64,000 nucleotides of DNA from Cenarchaeum sp. (GCA_965242695.1 CBDESU010000002.1:1312001-1376000); one strand, 5' to 3'. Numbered from the stretch's first letter, positions 19,067-28,868 are shown. A program made the numbers and translations. Notes: generated from the letters alone by a model not told the origin.

Positions 19067-19884
19067 CCCTCGTCCGCCGCCGCTGCGGCGGTACGCCCCG
19101 CAATTGCATCCGCGATCCGCACGATCTCCGCCTCGTCCAGGTCGTCAAGGCGCATCCCGTCCCGCCCGCCGCCGGCGCCTCCAGCATCCTCGGCCGTCCC
19201 GCCCGCCGCGCGCACGGCGTTGCGCAGCGACTTGCGCCTGTGCGAGAACAGCGCGTTGACGCCTGCGATCGTCCAGGGCCGCACCTCTGCCCTCCTCCGC
19301 AGCTCGACGATCGACGAGTCGACGGCGGGCTCGGGCTCGAACTGCCCCCTGCCCACGCGCGCGATCTCGCGCACGCCGAACGCGTATCGGGCCACCACGC
19401 CGACGGCGCGCCTCGGCCCCCTGCCGGACAGCTTGCCTGCAAACTCCCTCTGGACCATGACGACGGCGCGGGGCACGGGCGACACGGCCAGCCACTCGAT
19501 CGCGCGGCGGCTCTGCGAGTACGGCAGGCTCGAGACAAAGACGGACGCGCTGCAGGACGCGGGGTCTGGGGCGAACCCGTCGCCGCCGACCAGGGTCAGG
19601 TTTGCAGCTCCCCGCAGCCTGGCCCTCGCCTCGGCGAGCAGCGACTCGTCGGCCTCGTACGAGACGACGCTGCCCGCCTCGCGGCACAGCGGGGCCGTCA
19701 GCGCGCCCCTGCCGGCGCCGACCTCGAGCACCGAGTCGCCCCTGCCAGGCCGCGCGGCCCCGACCATGGCGCCGATCGCCGGCGCGCCGTCCCTGAGCAG
19801 GTGCTGGCCGAGGCGCCTGCGTCTCGGGCCGGCGGCGCGATGCGGGATGCCGCCGATGCCGGCAAGGCCGGAGCCCCGCGACAT
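19051..19884 (-). CDS. rsmA: 16S rRNA adenine dimethyltransferase (KsgA/Dim1)
   Basis: LGQHLL, VLEVGAGRGALT, SLPY, MVQREFA, F.P.PAVDS, FSHRRKSLRNA; SD GAGGTGA upstream. Confidence 0.9.
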   Translation of the reverse strand: MSRGSGLAGIGGIPHRAAGPRRRRLGQHLLRDGAPAIGAMVGAARPGRGDSVLEVGAGRGALTAPLCREAGSVVSYEADESLLAEARARLRGAANLTLVGGDGFAPDPASCSASVFVSSLPYSQSRRAIEWLAVSPVPRAVVMVQREFAGKLSGRGPRRAVGVVARYAFGVREIARVGRGQFEPEPAVDSSIVELRRRAEVRPWTIAGVNALFSHRRKSLRNAVRAAGGTAEDAGGAGGGRDGMRLDDLDEAEIVRIADAIAGRTAAAAADEGCRRP

Positions 19885-19889
19885 GGGCC

Positions 19890-20489
19890 TCACCTCTTGG
19901 CGAACAGGCACGTGCGGGTCTTGCCGGTGACCTCTTCGACTATGCGCTGCACGATGCACCAGCGGGGATCGTCGAGGCCCGTCCGTTCGGTGATATCCTC
20001 AAAGCTGTCGAACTTGCGCCTGCCGCGCTCCTCGAGTATGGCCTTGGTGTACGTCTTGCCGATGCCGGGGAACTGATCGAGCGCGTGCACCTTGGTCGTA
20101 AGGTGGTCGGCCTTGTTGTAGTAGTTTACGAATCGGTCCTCGTGGTCGTCGACGATCTTTTCGATTATGTCGGGTATCTGGCCGCGCGCCTGGTCGGAGA
20201 GCCTCTCGTACCTGACCTTTCCGAGGACGAGCGTGACCTTCGACTCCTGCTCCCTGTCGACGCATATGCGCTCGCCCGTCTCGAAGGTGGCGTTCTCTGC
20301 GCCGATCATCTCGAGGAGCGTAAACCTGTTCTCGCCGATCGCCGTGACTATGGTGCCGTCCCTGCCGCGCGACGTGACGGATCGGCCGCGCCTGTTCACG
20401 CCGATCACCCTGGCAAACTCCTCGTACCGCTTCGGGCCGCGCTGCGGGGCCCGCAGGGAGCGCCCTGCGCCTGATAGTACGCTGCTCAT
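19890..20489 (-). CDS. DUF655 family putative RNA-binding protein
   Basis: AIGENRFTLLE, LTTKVHALDQFPGIGK, FDSFEDI; typical rpl21e-rpo4-DUF655-rsmA context. Confidence 0.88.
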   Translation of the reverse strand: MSSVLSGAGRSLRAPQRGPKRYEEFARVIGVNRRGRSVTSRGRDGTIVTAIGENRFTLLEMIGAENATFETGERICVDREQESKVTLVLGKVRYERLSDQARGQIPDIIEKIVDDHEDRFVNYYNKADHLTTKVHALDQFPGIGKTYTKAILEERGRRKFDSFEDITERTGLDDPRWCIVQRIVEEVTGKTRTCLFAKR

Positions 20490-20505
20490 CGCCCAAGCGC
20501 CCCCG

Positions 20506-20832
20506 TCACGCGTGCTCCTTGACTATCTTGAGCACGTCCTCTAGCGTCTTGGGCATGATGAGCTTCTTCCACCCGAACGTAAACGCGCGCAGCTCCTGGA
20601 TCGTCATGGGGCATATGTTGATGATCTCGACTGCCTCTTCCTCGGTCAGCTCGCACTCCTTGACCAACCGCTGGCGGGCCTTCTTGGCCTCCTTGCCGTC
20701 CATGGGCGAGAACTTTGCCGCATAGTCGAACGTCCAGCGCTGTATCTGGTCCATCTCCTCGGGGTCGGACTTGCCTAGTATGTCCTTTACCTCTGCAACC
20801 GACACGGGCCTCTTGGCCTTTACCTCTTCCAT
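20506..20832 (-). CDS. rpo4: RNA polymerase subunit Rpo4 (RpoF)
   Basis: VSVAEVKDIL..MDQIQRWTFDYAAKF..LTEEEAVEIINICP..ELR; operon context. Confidence 0.9.
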   Translation of the reverse strand: MEEVKAKRPVSVAEVKDILGKSDPEEMDQIQRWTFDYAAKFSPMDGKEAKKARQRLVKECELTEEEAVEIINICPMTIQELRAFTFGWKKLIMPKTLEDVLKIVKEHA

Positions 20833-20833
20833 G

Positions 20834-21133
20834 TCAAACACCAAACGGCTTGATGTGATCCATCCTTGTGATCAGCGTCTTGGTCTTGTTGCCCAGCTTC
20901 ACGCGCAGCGTCACGGCCCTCCTGCCCACCTCGGCCACCGTGCCGACCTTGCCGTGGTACCTGCGGTGGGGGAGGCCCTTGTGCTGCCGCGGGTCGATGA
21001 TGACGAGGGCGCGGTCGCCTGCCTTGTACTCCCTGAGCAGGAACGAGACGCCCCTCGGGGCCCTCTTCGTCATGACCGACCTCGACTTGTGCCTAAACCC
21101 GTGCGAGCGGCCCGACGGCTTCTTGGTCGTCAC
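20834..21133 (-). CDS. rpl21e: 50S ribosomal protein eL21
   Basis: SHGFRHKSR, YKAGD, HKGLPHRRYHGKVG, HIKP; GTG start 25 bp after TTAATA. Confidence 0.95.
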   Translation of the reverse strand: MTTKKPSGRSHGFRHKSRSVMTKRAPRGVSFLLREYKAGDRALVIIDPRQHKGLPHRRYHGKVGTVAEVGRRAVTLRVKLGNKTKTLITRMDHIKPFGV

Positions 21134-21498
21134 GTGCGGGCGGCGGCAAAGGCCCGGTATTAAGTTGCGCGGCGCGGCGGCGCGGCGGCGCGCGGGCCTA
21201 GAGGCGTCCAGGCCGGCGCCGGGCGCCGCGCGGGGGGCGGGCGCCGCGCGGAGGATGCGATGTCCGCCCGGCGCCCTGCCGGCGCTTCGGTCAATCGAGC
21301 CATGCGCGCGCCGGCCCCGATGCGCCCCCCTCCGCCCGGCCTTGGGGCCCATGCACAGTCGACGGCCCGCGGCAGGGCGGCGCGGCGGCCGGATGCGCGC
21401 ACTGGGGGCGGCGCACCGGATGTGGCGGCCGAGTGGTTCTGCCGCTCTCCCGCCGCATGGAAGTCTGCGGCAGGGGCGCGTGGAGATGCGCGCGCGGC

Positions 21499-21606
21499 CC
21501 GCCTGCGCCGCCCTGGATGCGAGCCCTGCGCAGGATGCTAGGGCATCGAGTGGCGCGGCAGGGGCATCCTCCGCCTGCGCCGCCCTGGATGCGAGCACGG
21601 CGCAGG
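21499..21606. repeat. Two-copy direct repeat (26 bp exact, ~36 bp with 2 mismatches), 72-bp period
   Basis: ccgcctgcgccgccctggatgcgagc at 21499-21524 and 21571-21596. Confidence 0.85.
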
Positions 21607-21623
21607 GCCCCCCGCCCGCCTAC

Positions 21624-21636
21624 AAAAAATGAAAAA
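21624..21636 (-). terminator. Oligo-T terminator of radA
   Basis: TTTTTCATTTTTT on the minus strand ~25 nt after the radA stop. Confidence 0.6.
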
Positions 21637-21659
21637 GGGTTGGATGTGGTCCGCAGTGG

Positions 21660-22841
21660 CTACGCGTCGGGGTCGCCGCCGACCGACGGCTCGGGCGAGC
21701 CGTCGCCGGGTATGCCGGCGTCCTCCTTTGCGTCGGGGTCTGCCTTGGTCGGCAGGTTCTTTGGCTTCTTTGTTGCCTTTCCGGCCTCCTTGGCCGCCTT
21801 TTCGGCGTCCTTTTCGGCCTTTTCGGCGTCCTTTTCGGCCTTCTTGGCCTCCTTCTCGACCTGCTTGAGGAAGTCTTCGGTGTCCTGCACTCCGCGCTCG
21901 CCGAGCTCGAAGACCTGCTCGGTCGCCGCGTGGTGCGGGCTGTCGATGATCTTTGCGACCCTCTTGTTCTTGCCACCCTTGCGGAAGTAGATCCTGTACG
22001 TGCTTGCGTGGCCGACGACGTTGCCTCCCACCGGCTTTGTCGGGTCCCCGAAGAACGAGTCGGGGCTCGACGACACCTGGTTGGTGGCGACGACGGCGCA
22101 GTTGTACGTCTCGGCGATCCTGGCAAGGAGCCGGATGTACCTTCCGAGCTTCTGCTGCCTGCTTGCGAGCGTGCCGCGCCCGAGGTACTCGGCCCTGAAC
22201 AGGCCGGTCGTCGAGTCGGACACGATCAGCTTTATGTTTTCCTCCTGGATCGTCTTGCCGGCCTCCTCTAGTATGAGGACCTGGTGCGAGCTGTTGTAGG
22301 CGCGCGCGACGATGATCCTCTCGAGCGCCTTTGCGGGGTCCATGCCGTGCGCCTGCGCGATCGTCACGACCCTCTCGGGCCTGAACGTGCCCTCGGTGTC
22401 GATGTACAGGACGTTGCCGTCTAGGCCTCCCTCGTCCTTCGACCTCTGGGTCATCACGCAGAGCGTGTGGCAGAACTGCGTCTTGCCGGAGCCGAACTCG
22501 CCGAAGACCTCCGTGATGGCCTGCGTCTCGACGCCGCCGCCAAGGAGCCTGTCGAGCGACTCGGTGCTTGTCGAGATCTTGCCGATGTTCTGGCGCCTCT
22601 TGTAGATCTCCGAGGCCGTCGCAAAGTCCTTTGTGATGGCGCCGCTCTCGGCCAGGTGCGTCCTGGCAATCGTGACGATCTTCTCGCACGTCTCGGGCGT
22701 CATGCTCGAGATCTCCCCGAGCTCGACGGGCCCCCTCACGACGAGGTCCATCAGGTTGTGGATGCCTGCGTCCTCTAGCTTCTTCTTCGTTACAGGGCCT
22801 ACGCCCTCCATGTCTGACAGGTCAAAACTGTCTGCATTCAT
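21660..22841 (-). CDS. radA: DNA repair and recombination protein RadA with charged C-terminal extension
   Basis: GEFGSGKTQFCH, YIDTEGTFRPER, GRGTLASRQQKL, GGNVVGHASTYR; tail has AEKDAEK x2 (21-bp tandem repeat, 21798-21839). Confidence 0.97.
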   Translation of the reverse strand: MNADSFDLSDMEGVGPVTKKKLEDAGIHNLMDLVVRGPVELGEISSMTPETCEKIVTIARTHLAESGAITKDFATASEIYKRRQNIGKISTSTESLDRLLGGGVETQAITEVFGEFGSGKTQFCHTLCVMTQRSKDEGGLDGNVLYIDTEGTFRPERVVTIAQAHGMDPAKALERIIVARAYNSSHQVLILEEAGKTIQEENIKLIVSDSTTGLFRAEYLGRGTLASRQQKLGRYIRLLARIAETYNCAVVATNQVSSSPDSFFGDPTKPVGGNVVGHASTYRIYFRKGGKNKRVAKIIDSPHHAATEQVFELGERGVQDTEDFLKQVEKEAKKAEKDAEKAEKDAEKAAKEAGKATKKPKNLPTKADPDAKEDAGIPGDGSPEPSVGGDPDA

Positions 22842-23059
22842 TGGGCGGCCGTACCGTACTATACCTATTAAAGGTTGCGATTTGACGCCCAGCGCGCCCC
22901 TAGACGCAATATTTGGCACGGGTTTGCACAAAGCGTCGCCAAATAGAAAAATCTCACTGTAGTAGGGCATTTGTTGCCAAAAAGCGTGACAAATGCCTGT
23001 CAGAGTCGCGCAAAGCAACCGCCACTATCTTTTTAAACCCGCCATTGGGCGGCCGGCCG

Positions 23060-26000
23060 TTGAAGGGCAGCCACATGGCAATGATCGGCATCGGCATCGC
23101 CGTTGCCATTGCCGTCGGCGTAACGGCTGCAGTCAACTCGATGGACGACGATGCCGCCACTCCGGCCGACGAGAGTGCAATGATGCCAGAGGAGCTGCCG
23201 GCCCTGTCCGGCGAGATCAGCGTCGGCTCACTCCTCCCGCTCACGGGCGACCTGGCCACGCACGGCGAGGAGAACATGGAGGGGACCAGGCTCGGAGTGG
23301 CCGACTTCAACGAGTACCTTGCAGGCAAGGGCGCCGGCTGGTCGATCCGCCTGGTCGAAGAGGACTCGCAGACCAACCCCGTCGTGGCACTTGAAAAGCT
23401 CACGGCCCTCAACGCGCGCGGCGTCTCTATCGTGATCGGCCCAGAGACGAGCTCGAACATCCGCAATATCAAGGGCTACTCTGACGAGAACAACATGCTC
23501 CTGCTCAGCTGCTGCTCGACGGCGCCAAACCTGGCCATCGAGGGCGACAGCGTGTACCGCCTCGCCCCCGACGACACGAACCAGGGCGCGGCGCTCGCCA
23601 CGCTGGCCGACGAGTCTGGCATCGAGGCGATCGTCCCGATCTGGCGCGGCGATGCATGGGGCGACGGCCTGCGCGATGCGACGCGCGACTCGTTCTCGGC
23701 AAAGGGCGGGGAAGTAGTAGACGGCGTCCGGTACAACCCAGAGGCGCCCGAGTTTTCTGCGGCAGTCTCGCTGCTCAACGACCGCGTCATGGATGCGGTC
23801 GACGAGTACGGCGCCGACAAGGTCGCCGTAATGAACATCGGGTTTGCCGAGGGCCTTCAGGTAGTACAGGGCGCGACGACCTATGACGCGCTCGGCGAGG
23901 TGCGCTGGTTTGGGTCGGACGGCAACGCAAAGGACTCTAGGCTGATCGACGATCCGATAGCCAGCGAGTTTGCCGGCAGCGTCCAGTTCATGGCCCTCCA
24001 GGTCTCGGCGGCGACCAACGAAAAGTTCCAGCATGTGGAGTCTACGATAACCGACCTGCTCGGCCGCTCGCCGAACACGTACACCCACTCGTCGTACGAT
24101 GCGGCGTGGATTGTCGGCCTGTCGATCGAAGAGGCCGGCAGCGCCGAGGTCGACGACGTGGCGGCTGTCCTGCCGGGCATCGCGTCCGAGTACGTCGGGG
24201 CCATGGGCGACATCGAGCTCAACGCGGCCGGCGACCTTGCGCAGGCCGACTATACCATATGGGGCGTCGTCGACGGCGAGTGGGCCGTGGTCGGGTCGTA
24301 CTCGCAGGCCGACGATGCCGTCACAATGGCAATGGCCGACGATGCGGCAATGGACGGGGGCGAAATGCCGGCCCTGTCCGGCGAGATCAGCGTCGGCTCA
24401 CTCCTCCCGCTCACGGGCGACCTGGCCACGCACGGCGAGGAGAACATGGAGGGAACGCGCTTGGGCGTGGCAGACTTCAACGAGTACCTTGCAGGCAAGG
24501 GCGCCGGCTGGTCGATCCGCTTGGTCGAAGAGGACTCGCAGACCAACCCCGTCGTGGCACTTGAAAAGCTCACGGCCCTCAACGCGCGCGGCGTCTCTAT
24601 CGTGATCGGCCCAGAGACGAGCTCGAACATCCGTAACATAAAGGGCTACTCTGACGAGAACAACATGCTCCTGCTCAGCTGCTGCTCGACGGCGCCAAAC
24701 CTGGCCATCGAGGGCGACAGCGTGTACCGCCTCGCCCCCGACGACACGAACCAGGGCGCGGCGCTCGCCACGCTGGCCGCCGAGTCTGGCATCGATGCGA
24801 TCGTCCCGATCTGGCGCGGCGATGCGTGGGGCGACGGCCTGCGCGATGCGACGCGCGACTCGTTTGCAGCAAAGGGCGGCACGGTCATGGACGGCGTCCG
24901 GTACAACCCAGAGGCGCCCGAGTTCTCTGCGGCGGTCTCGCTGCTCAACGACCGCGTCATGGATGCGGTCGACGAGTACGGCGCCGAAAGCGTCGCGGTG
25001 ATGAACATCGGGTTTGCCGAGGGCCTGCAGGTGGTGCAGGCGGCCACCCAGTACGACGCGCTCGGCGAGGTGCGCTGGTTTGGGTCGGACGGCAACGCAA
25101 AGGACTCTAGGCTGATCGACGATCCGATCGCCAGCGAGTTTGCCGGCAGCGTCCAGTTCATGGCGTTGCAAGTGTCCGCGGCGACCAACGAAAAGTTCCA
25201 GCATGTGGAGTCTACGATAACCGACCTGCTCGGCCGCTCGCCGAACACGTACACCCATGCATCGTACGATGCGGCGTGGATTGTCGGCCTGTCGATCGAA
25301 GAGGCCGGCAGCGCCGCGGTCGACGACGTGGCGGCTGTCCTGCCGGGCATCGCGTCCGAGTACGTCGGGGCCATGGGCGACATCGAGCTCAACGCGGCCG
25401 GCGACCTTGCGCAGGCCGACTATACCATATGGGGCGTCGTCGACGGCGAGTGGGCCGTGGTCGGGTCGTACTCGCAGGCCGACGATGCGGTCACGATGGC
25501 GGACGCGGACGCTGCGATGTCGGCATCCTCAGACCTCTCAGGCGAGGTGAGCGTCGGCTCGCTCCTCCCGCTCACGGGCGACCTGGCCACGCACGGCGAG
25601 GAGAACATGGAGGGAACGCGCCTGGGCGTGGCAAACTTCAACGAGTACCTTGCAGGCAAGGGCGCCGACTGGTCGATCCGCCTGGTCGAGGAGGACTCGC
25701 AGACCAACCCCGTCGTGGCACTTGAAAAGCTCACGGCCCTCAACGCGCGCGGCGTCTCTATCGTGATCGGACCAGAGACGAGCTCGAACATCCGCAATAT
25801 CAAGGGCTACTCGGACGAGAACAACATGCTCCTGCTCAGCTGCTGCTCGACGGCGCCAAACCTGGCCATCGAGGGCGACAGCGTGTACCGCCTCGCCCCC
25901 GACGACACGAACCAGGGCGCGGCGCTCGCCACGCTGGCCGCCGAGTCTGGCATCGATGCGATCGTCCCGATCTGGCGCGGCGATGCGTGGGGCGACGGCC

Positions 26001-26668
26001 TGCGCGATGCGACGCGCGACTCGTTTGCAGCAAAGGGCGGCACGGTCATGGACGGCGTCCGGTACAACCCAGAGGCGCCCGAGTTCTCTGCGGCGGTCTC
26101 GCTGCTCAACGACCGCGTCATGGATGCGGTCGACGAGTACGGCGCCGAAAGCGTCGCGGTGATGAACATCGGGTTTGCCGAGGGCCTGCAGGTGGTGCAG
26201 GCGGCCACCCAGTACGACGCGCTCGGCGAGGTGCGCTGGTTTGGGTCGGACGGCAACGCAAAGGACTCTAGGCTGATCGACGATCCGATCGCCAGCGAGT
26301 TTGCCGGCAGCGTCCAGTTCATGGCCCTCCAGGTCTCGGCGGCGACCAACGAAAAGTTCCAGCATGTGGAGTCTACGATAACCGACCTGCTCGGCCGCTC
26401 GCCGAACACGTACACCCATGCATCGTACGATGCGGCGTGGATTGTCGGCCTGTCGATCGAAGAGGCCGGCAGCGCCGCGGTCGACGACGTGGCGGCTGTC
26501 CTGCCGGGCATCGCGTCCGAGTACGTCGGGGCCATGGGCGACATCGAGCTCAACGCGGCCGGCGACCTTGCGCAGGCCGACTATACCATATGGGGCGTCG
26601 TCGACGGCGAGTGGGCCGTGGTCGGGTCGTACTCGCAGGCCGACGATGCGGTGACCCTGGACGCTTGA
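23060..26668 (+). CDS. Membrane-anchored Liv-type (periplasmic binding protein type 1) ABC substrate-binding protein with three tandem domains
   Basis: N-terminal TM; 3x VGSLLPLTGDLA...GPETS...CCSTAP...YDAAW...NAAGDL; TTTTAAA at 23031; followed by LivH/LivM permeases. Confidence 0.92.
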   Translation: MKGSHMAMIGIGIAVAIAVGVTAAVNSMDDDAATPADESAMMPEELPALSGEISVGSLLPLTGDLATHGEENMEGTRLGVADFNEYLAGKGAGWSIRLVEEDSQTNPVVALEKLTALNARGVSIVIGPETSSNIRNIKGYSDENNMLLLSCCSTAPNLAIEGDSVYRLAPDDTNQGAALATLADESGIEAIVPIWRGDAWGDGLRDATRDSFSAKGGEVVDGVRYNPEAPEFSAAVSLLNDRVMDAVDEYGADKVAVMNIGFAEGLQVVQGATTYDALGEVRWFGSDGNAKDSRLIDDPIASEFAGSVQFMALQVSAATNEKFQHVESTITDLLGRSPNTYTHSSYDAAWIVGLSIEEAGSAEVDDVAAVLPGIASEYVGAMGDIELNAAGDLAQADYTIWGVVDGEWAVVGSYSQADDAVTMAMADDAAMDGGEMPALSGEISVGSLLPLTGDLATHGEENMEGTRLGVADFNEYLAGKGAGWSIRLVEEDSQTNPVVALEKLTALNARGVSIVIGPETSSNIRNIKGYSDENNMLLLSCCSTAPNLAIEGDSVYRLAPDDTNQGAALATLAAESGIDAIVPIWRGDAWGDGLRDATRDSFAAKGGTVMDGVRYNPEAPEFSAAVSLLNDRVMDAVDEYGAESVAVMNIGFAEGLQVVQAATQYDALGEVRWFGSDGNAKDSRLIDDPIASEFAGSVQFMALQVSAATNEKFQHVESTITDLLGRSPNTYTHASYDAAWIVGLSIEEAGSAAVDDVAAVLPGIASEYVGAMGDIELNAAGDLAQADYTIWGVVDGEWAVVGSYSQADDAVTMADADAAMSASSDLSGEVSVGSLLPLTGDLATHGEENMEGTRLGVANFNEYLAGKGADWSIRLVEEDSQTNPVVALEKLTALNARGVSIVIGPETSSNIRNIKGYSDENNMLLLSCCSTAPNLAIEGDSVYRLAPDDTNQGAALATLAAESGIDAIVPIWRGDAWGDGLRDATRDSFAAKGGTVMDGVRYNPEAPEFSAAVSLLNDRVMDAVDEYGAESVAVMNIGFAEGLQVVQAATQYDALGEVRWFGSDGNAKDSRLIDDPIASEFAGSVQFMALQVSAATNEKFQHVESTITDLLGRSPNTYTHASYDAAWIVGLSIEEAGSAAVDDVAAVLPGIASEYVGAMGDIELNAAGDLAQADYTIWGVVDGEWAVVGSYSQADDAVTLDA
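23196..26655 (+). repeat. Three near-identical ~1.13-kb intragenic repeats (periods 1170 and 1161 bp)
   Basis: Units ~23196-24324, 24366-25494, 25541-26655; identical shadow ORFs recur at those offsets. Confidence 0.95.
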
Positions 26669-26814
26669 CCGCACGCGGATGCCGACACGGGGAGCCAGCC
26701 TTGAACACGCCGCCCGCACCGGCGGCAGCGGCTGAGCCGGCCTCGGATGCCGCACCCTTCCTTTGCGTTCCCAGCCGGGCAGCCGGGGGCGGGACGGGGC
26801 GGCAGGTGGCATAG

Positions 26815-27789
26815 TTGCAGATCGACCCCATATTCTCGGACGCCGTCATATTCGCAAGCCTCCTCGCCCTGCTCAGCCTGGGGCTGACGCTCACGTACCT
26901 GACGACGCGCGTGCCCAACTTTGCGCACGCCTCGTTTGCGACCATCGGCGTGTACGTGTCCCTTGCGGCGATCCACGTATGGGAGACGACTCCGTACCTG
27001 GCCATTCCCGTCTCGTTCCTGCTGTCCGGCGCGGCGGCCCTGTCGCTGTACACGTTCATCCTAAAGCCGCTCATACGGAAGAAGGCCACGCAGGCCATCC
27101 TCATGATCTCGACGCTTGCGTTCGACCTGATCATAATCGCGATCATAAACATCGCCGCCGACTACCTGGCGCGGTCGTACCACATCGTCTCGCGCGAGTT
27201 CTCGCTGCGCAGCTACGACGCGCAGGTGTCGGGGATGCCGCTGATCGTCATTGCGGCCCCCGTCGCGATAGCGGCCCTGCTGCTGGTGCTGCACCTGGTC
27301 CTCAAGAGGACAAAGTTCGGAATCGCGATGAGGGCGTCGACCGAGAACGAGGACCTTGCCGGCACGGTCGGCATCAACGTGAGGCTCGTGTACGGCGTGG
27401 CGTGGATGCTCGGCGGCGGAGTGGCCGGCGTGGCCGGCGCCCTCATGTCGCTGTGGTTCCAGGGCGACCCCAACCTCGGCCCCCTGCTCATACCGAGCGT
27501 GTTTGCGGCTAGCATCGTGGGAGGGTTCGTGAGCATATACGGGGCGATAGCGGGCGGCATACTCGTCGGGCTCTCCGAGGTCCTCGGCACGCGCTTCCTG
27601 GCAGGCGAGCTCGGCTCGTGGCTGATCGCGTACAGGCCGCTCATACCGCTCGCGTTCATCGGGGCGACGCTGATGATCGCCCCGCGCGGCCTGGCCGGCG
27701 TCGACTGGGGCCGCCTGCTGTCGGCACTGCGGCGCGGGCGCAAGAGGCGCGGCAGGCCGGCGCAAGATAAGGGGAGGAGCGAGTCCTGA
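26815..27789 (+). CDS. livH: Branched-chain amino acid ABC permease, LivH type
   Basis: GLTLTY....NFAHA, TKFGIAMRA..EN..LA...GIN, GGF.SIYGA; multiple TM segments. Confidence 0.9.
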   Translation: MQIDPIFSDAVIFASLLALLSLGLTLTYLTTRVPNFAHASFATIGVYVSLAAIHVWETTPYLAIPVSFLLSGAAALSLYTFILKPLIRKKATQAILMISTLAFDLIIIAIINIAADYLARSYHIVSREFSLRSYDAQVSGMPLIVIAAPVAIAALLLVLHLVLKRTKFGIAMRASTENEDLAGTVGINVRLVYGVAWMLGGGVAGVAGALMSLWFQGDPNLGPLLIPSVFAASIVGGFVSIYGAIAGGILVGLSEVLGTRFLAGELGSWLIAYRPLIPLAFIGATLMIAPRGLAGVDWGRLLSALRRGRKRRGRPAQDKGRSES

Positions 27790-28868
27790 TGGCCTCGGGA
27801 TCGGAGTTTGTCTTCTTCGTCGACCTGCTCGCCATATTCTCCGTGTACGTCATAGTCAACCTCAGCCTCAACCTAGAGTTTGGGTACGCCGGCATCCCCA
27901 ACTTCGGCAAGGTGCTCGCCGTAGGCGCCGGCGCCTTCGTGGCCGCCGCCGTACCGGGCAGGATAATCGCCTCGGCGGCCGGCATCGACGGGGACTACGT
28001 GGCCGACAACCTGGCCATGGTGCCCCAGATCAACGCGTGGCTCGCCGACAACACGGGGATCGGGTTTGCCGTCTTCTTTGCGACGCTTGGCATGGCCGCG
28101 GCCGCCGGCGCGGGGCTGGGACTGGTCACGTCGTACCCCGCCATACGGCTGCGCGGCGACTATCTGGCCATAACGCTGCTCGCGTTCGGCGAGAGCATCC
28201 GCATCATAGGAAACAACTTTACGCCGCTCGTCGGCGGCACGCTCGGCGTCGGCGTCCCGGACCCGCTGTCGTTCCTGCCCGACGAGATGAGGTTTCCGTT
28301 CGCGACCCTGGGGCTCGTCCTCACGGCGATCGCCGTGTTCGCGTACAGCGAGCGGCTCGTGCGCTCGCCGCTCGGCCGCCTGCTCCGCTCGGTGCGCGAC
28401 AACGAGACGGCCGCCGCGGCCCTCGGCAAGGACACGGCGCGCATACGCATGCGGGCGATCATGGTGTCCGCGGCCCTTGCGGCGATCGGCGGCGCGCTGT
28501 ACGCGTTCTACACGGGCGGGACGATCGCCGTCGCGTACGACCGCGCGAGCTGGACGTTCTGGCCGTTCCTGATGATACTGATCGGCGGCCTTGCAAACAA
28601 CAAGGGCATACTGGTCGGCACGTTCATCTTCGTGGCCATCCGCAAGGTCATCATATTCTTCAAGGACTCGTTCGAGGGGCTCGTGCCGTTCGACATCGTA
28701 TGGCTCGACTTCCTGCTGCTCGGCGCGATCATGCTCGCCGTCCTGCTGTACCGCCCGCAGGGCATATTCCCAGAGCGCCCCACCCCGACAGTGCGGGGCG
28801 CCGGCGGGATGAAGTCGACGCACCGCCGGCCCGGCGCGCGCGGCATACTCGACCTGCTGTTCCGCTAG
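27789..28868 (+). CDS. livM: Branched-chain amino acid ABC permease, LivM type
   Basis: LNLEFGYAGIPNFG, RLRGDYLAITLLAFGE, SPLGRLLRSVRDNE, RPQGI. Confidence 0.9.
   Translation: MASGSEFVFFVDLLAIFSVYVIVNLSLNLEFGYAGIPNFGKVLAVGAGAFVAAAVPGRIIASAAGIDGDYVADNLAMVPQINAWLADNTGIGFAVFFATLGMAAAAGAGLGLVTSYPAIRLRGDYLAITLLAFGESIRIIGNNFTPLVGGTLGVGVPDPLSFLPDEMRFPFATLGLVLTAIAVFAYSERLVRSPLGRLLRSVRDNETAAAALGKDTARIRMRAIMVSAALAAIGGALYAFYTGGTIAVAYDRASWTFWPFLMILIGGLANNKGILVGTFIFVAIRKVIIFFKDSFEGLVPFDIVWLDFLLLGAIMLAVLLYRPQGIFPERPTPTVRGAGGMKSTHRRPGARGILDLLFR

Noticed and set aside
21660-21870. RadA charged C-terminal tail as a novelty or intein
   Set aside because: No intein motifs; C-terminal extensions are, as I recall, already reported for RadA of this group
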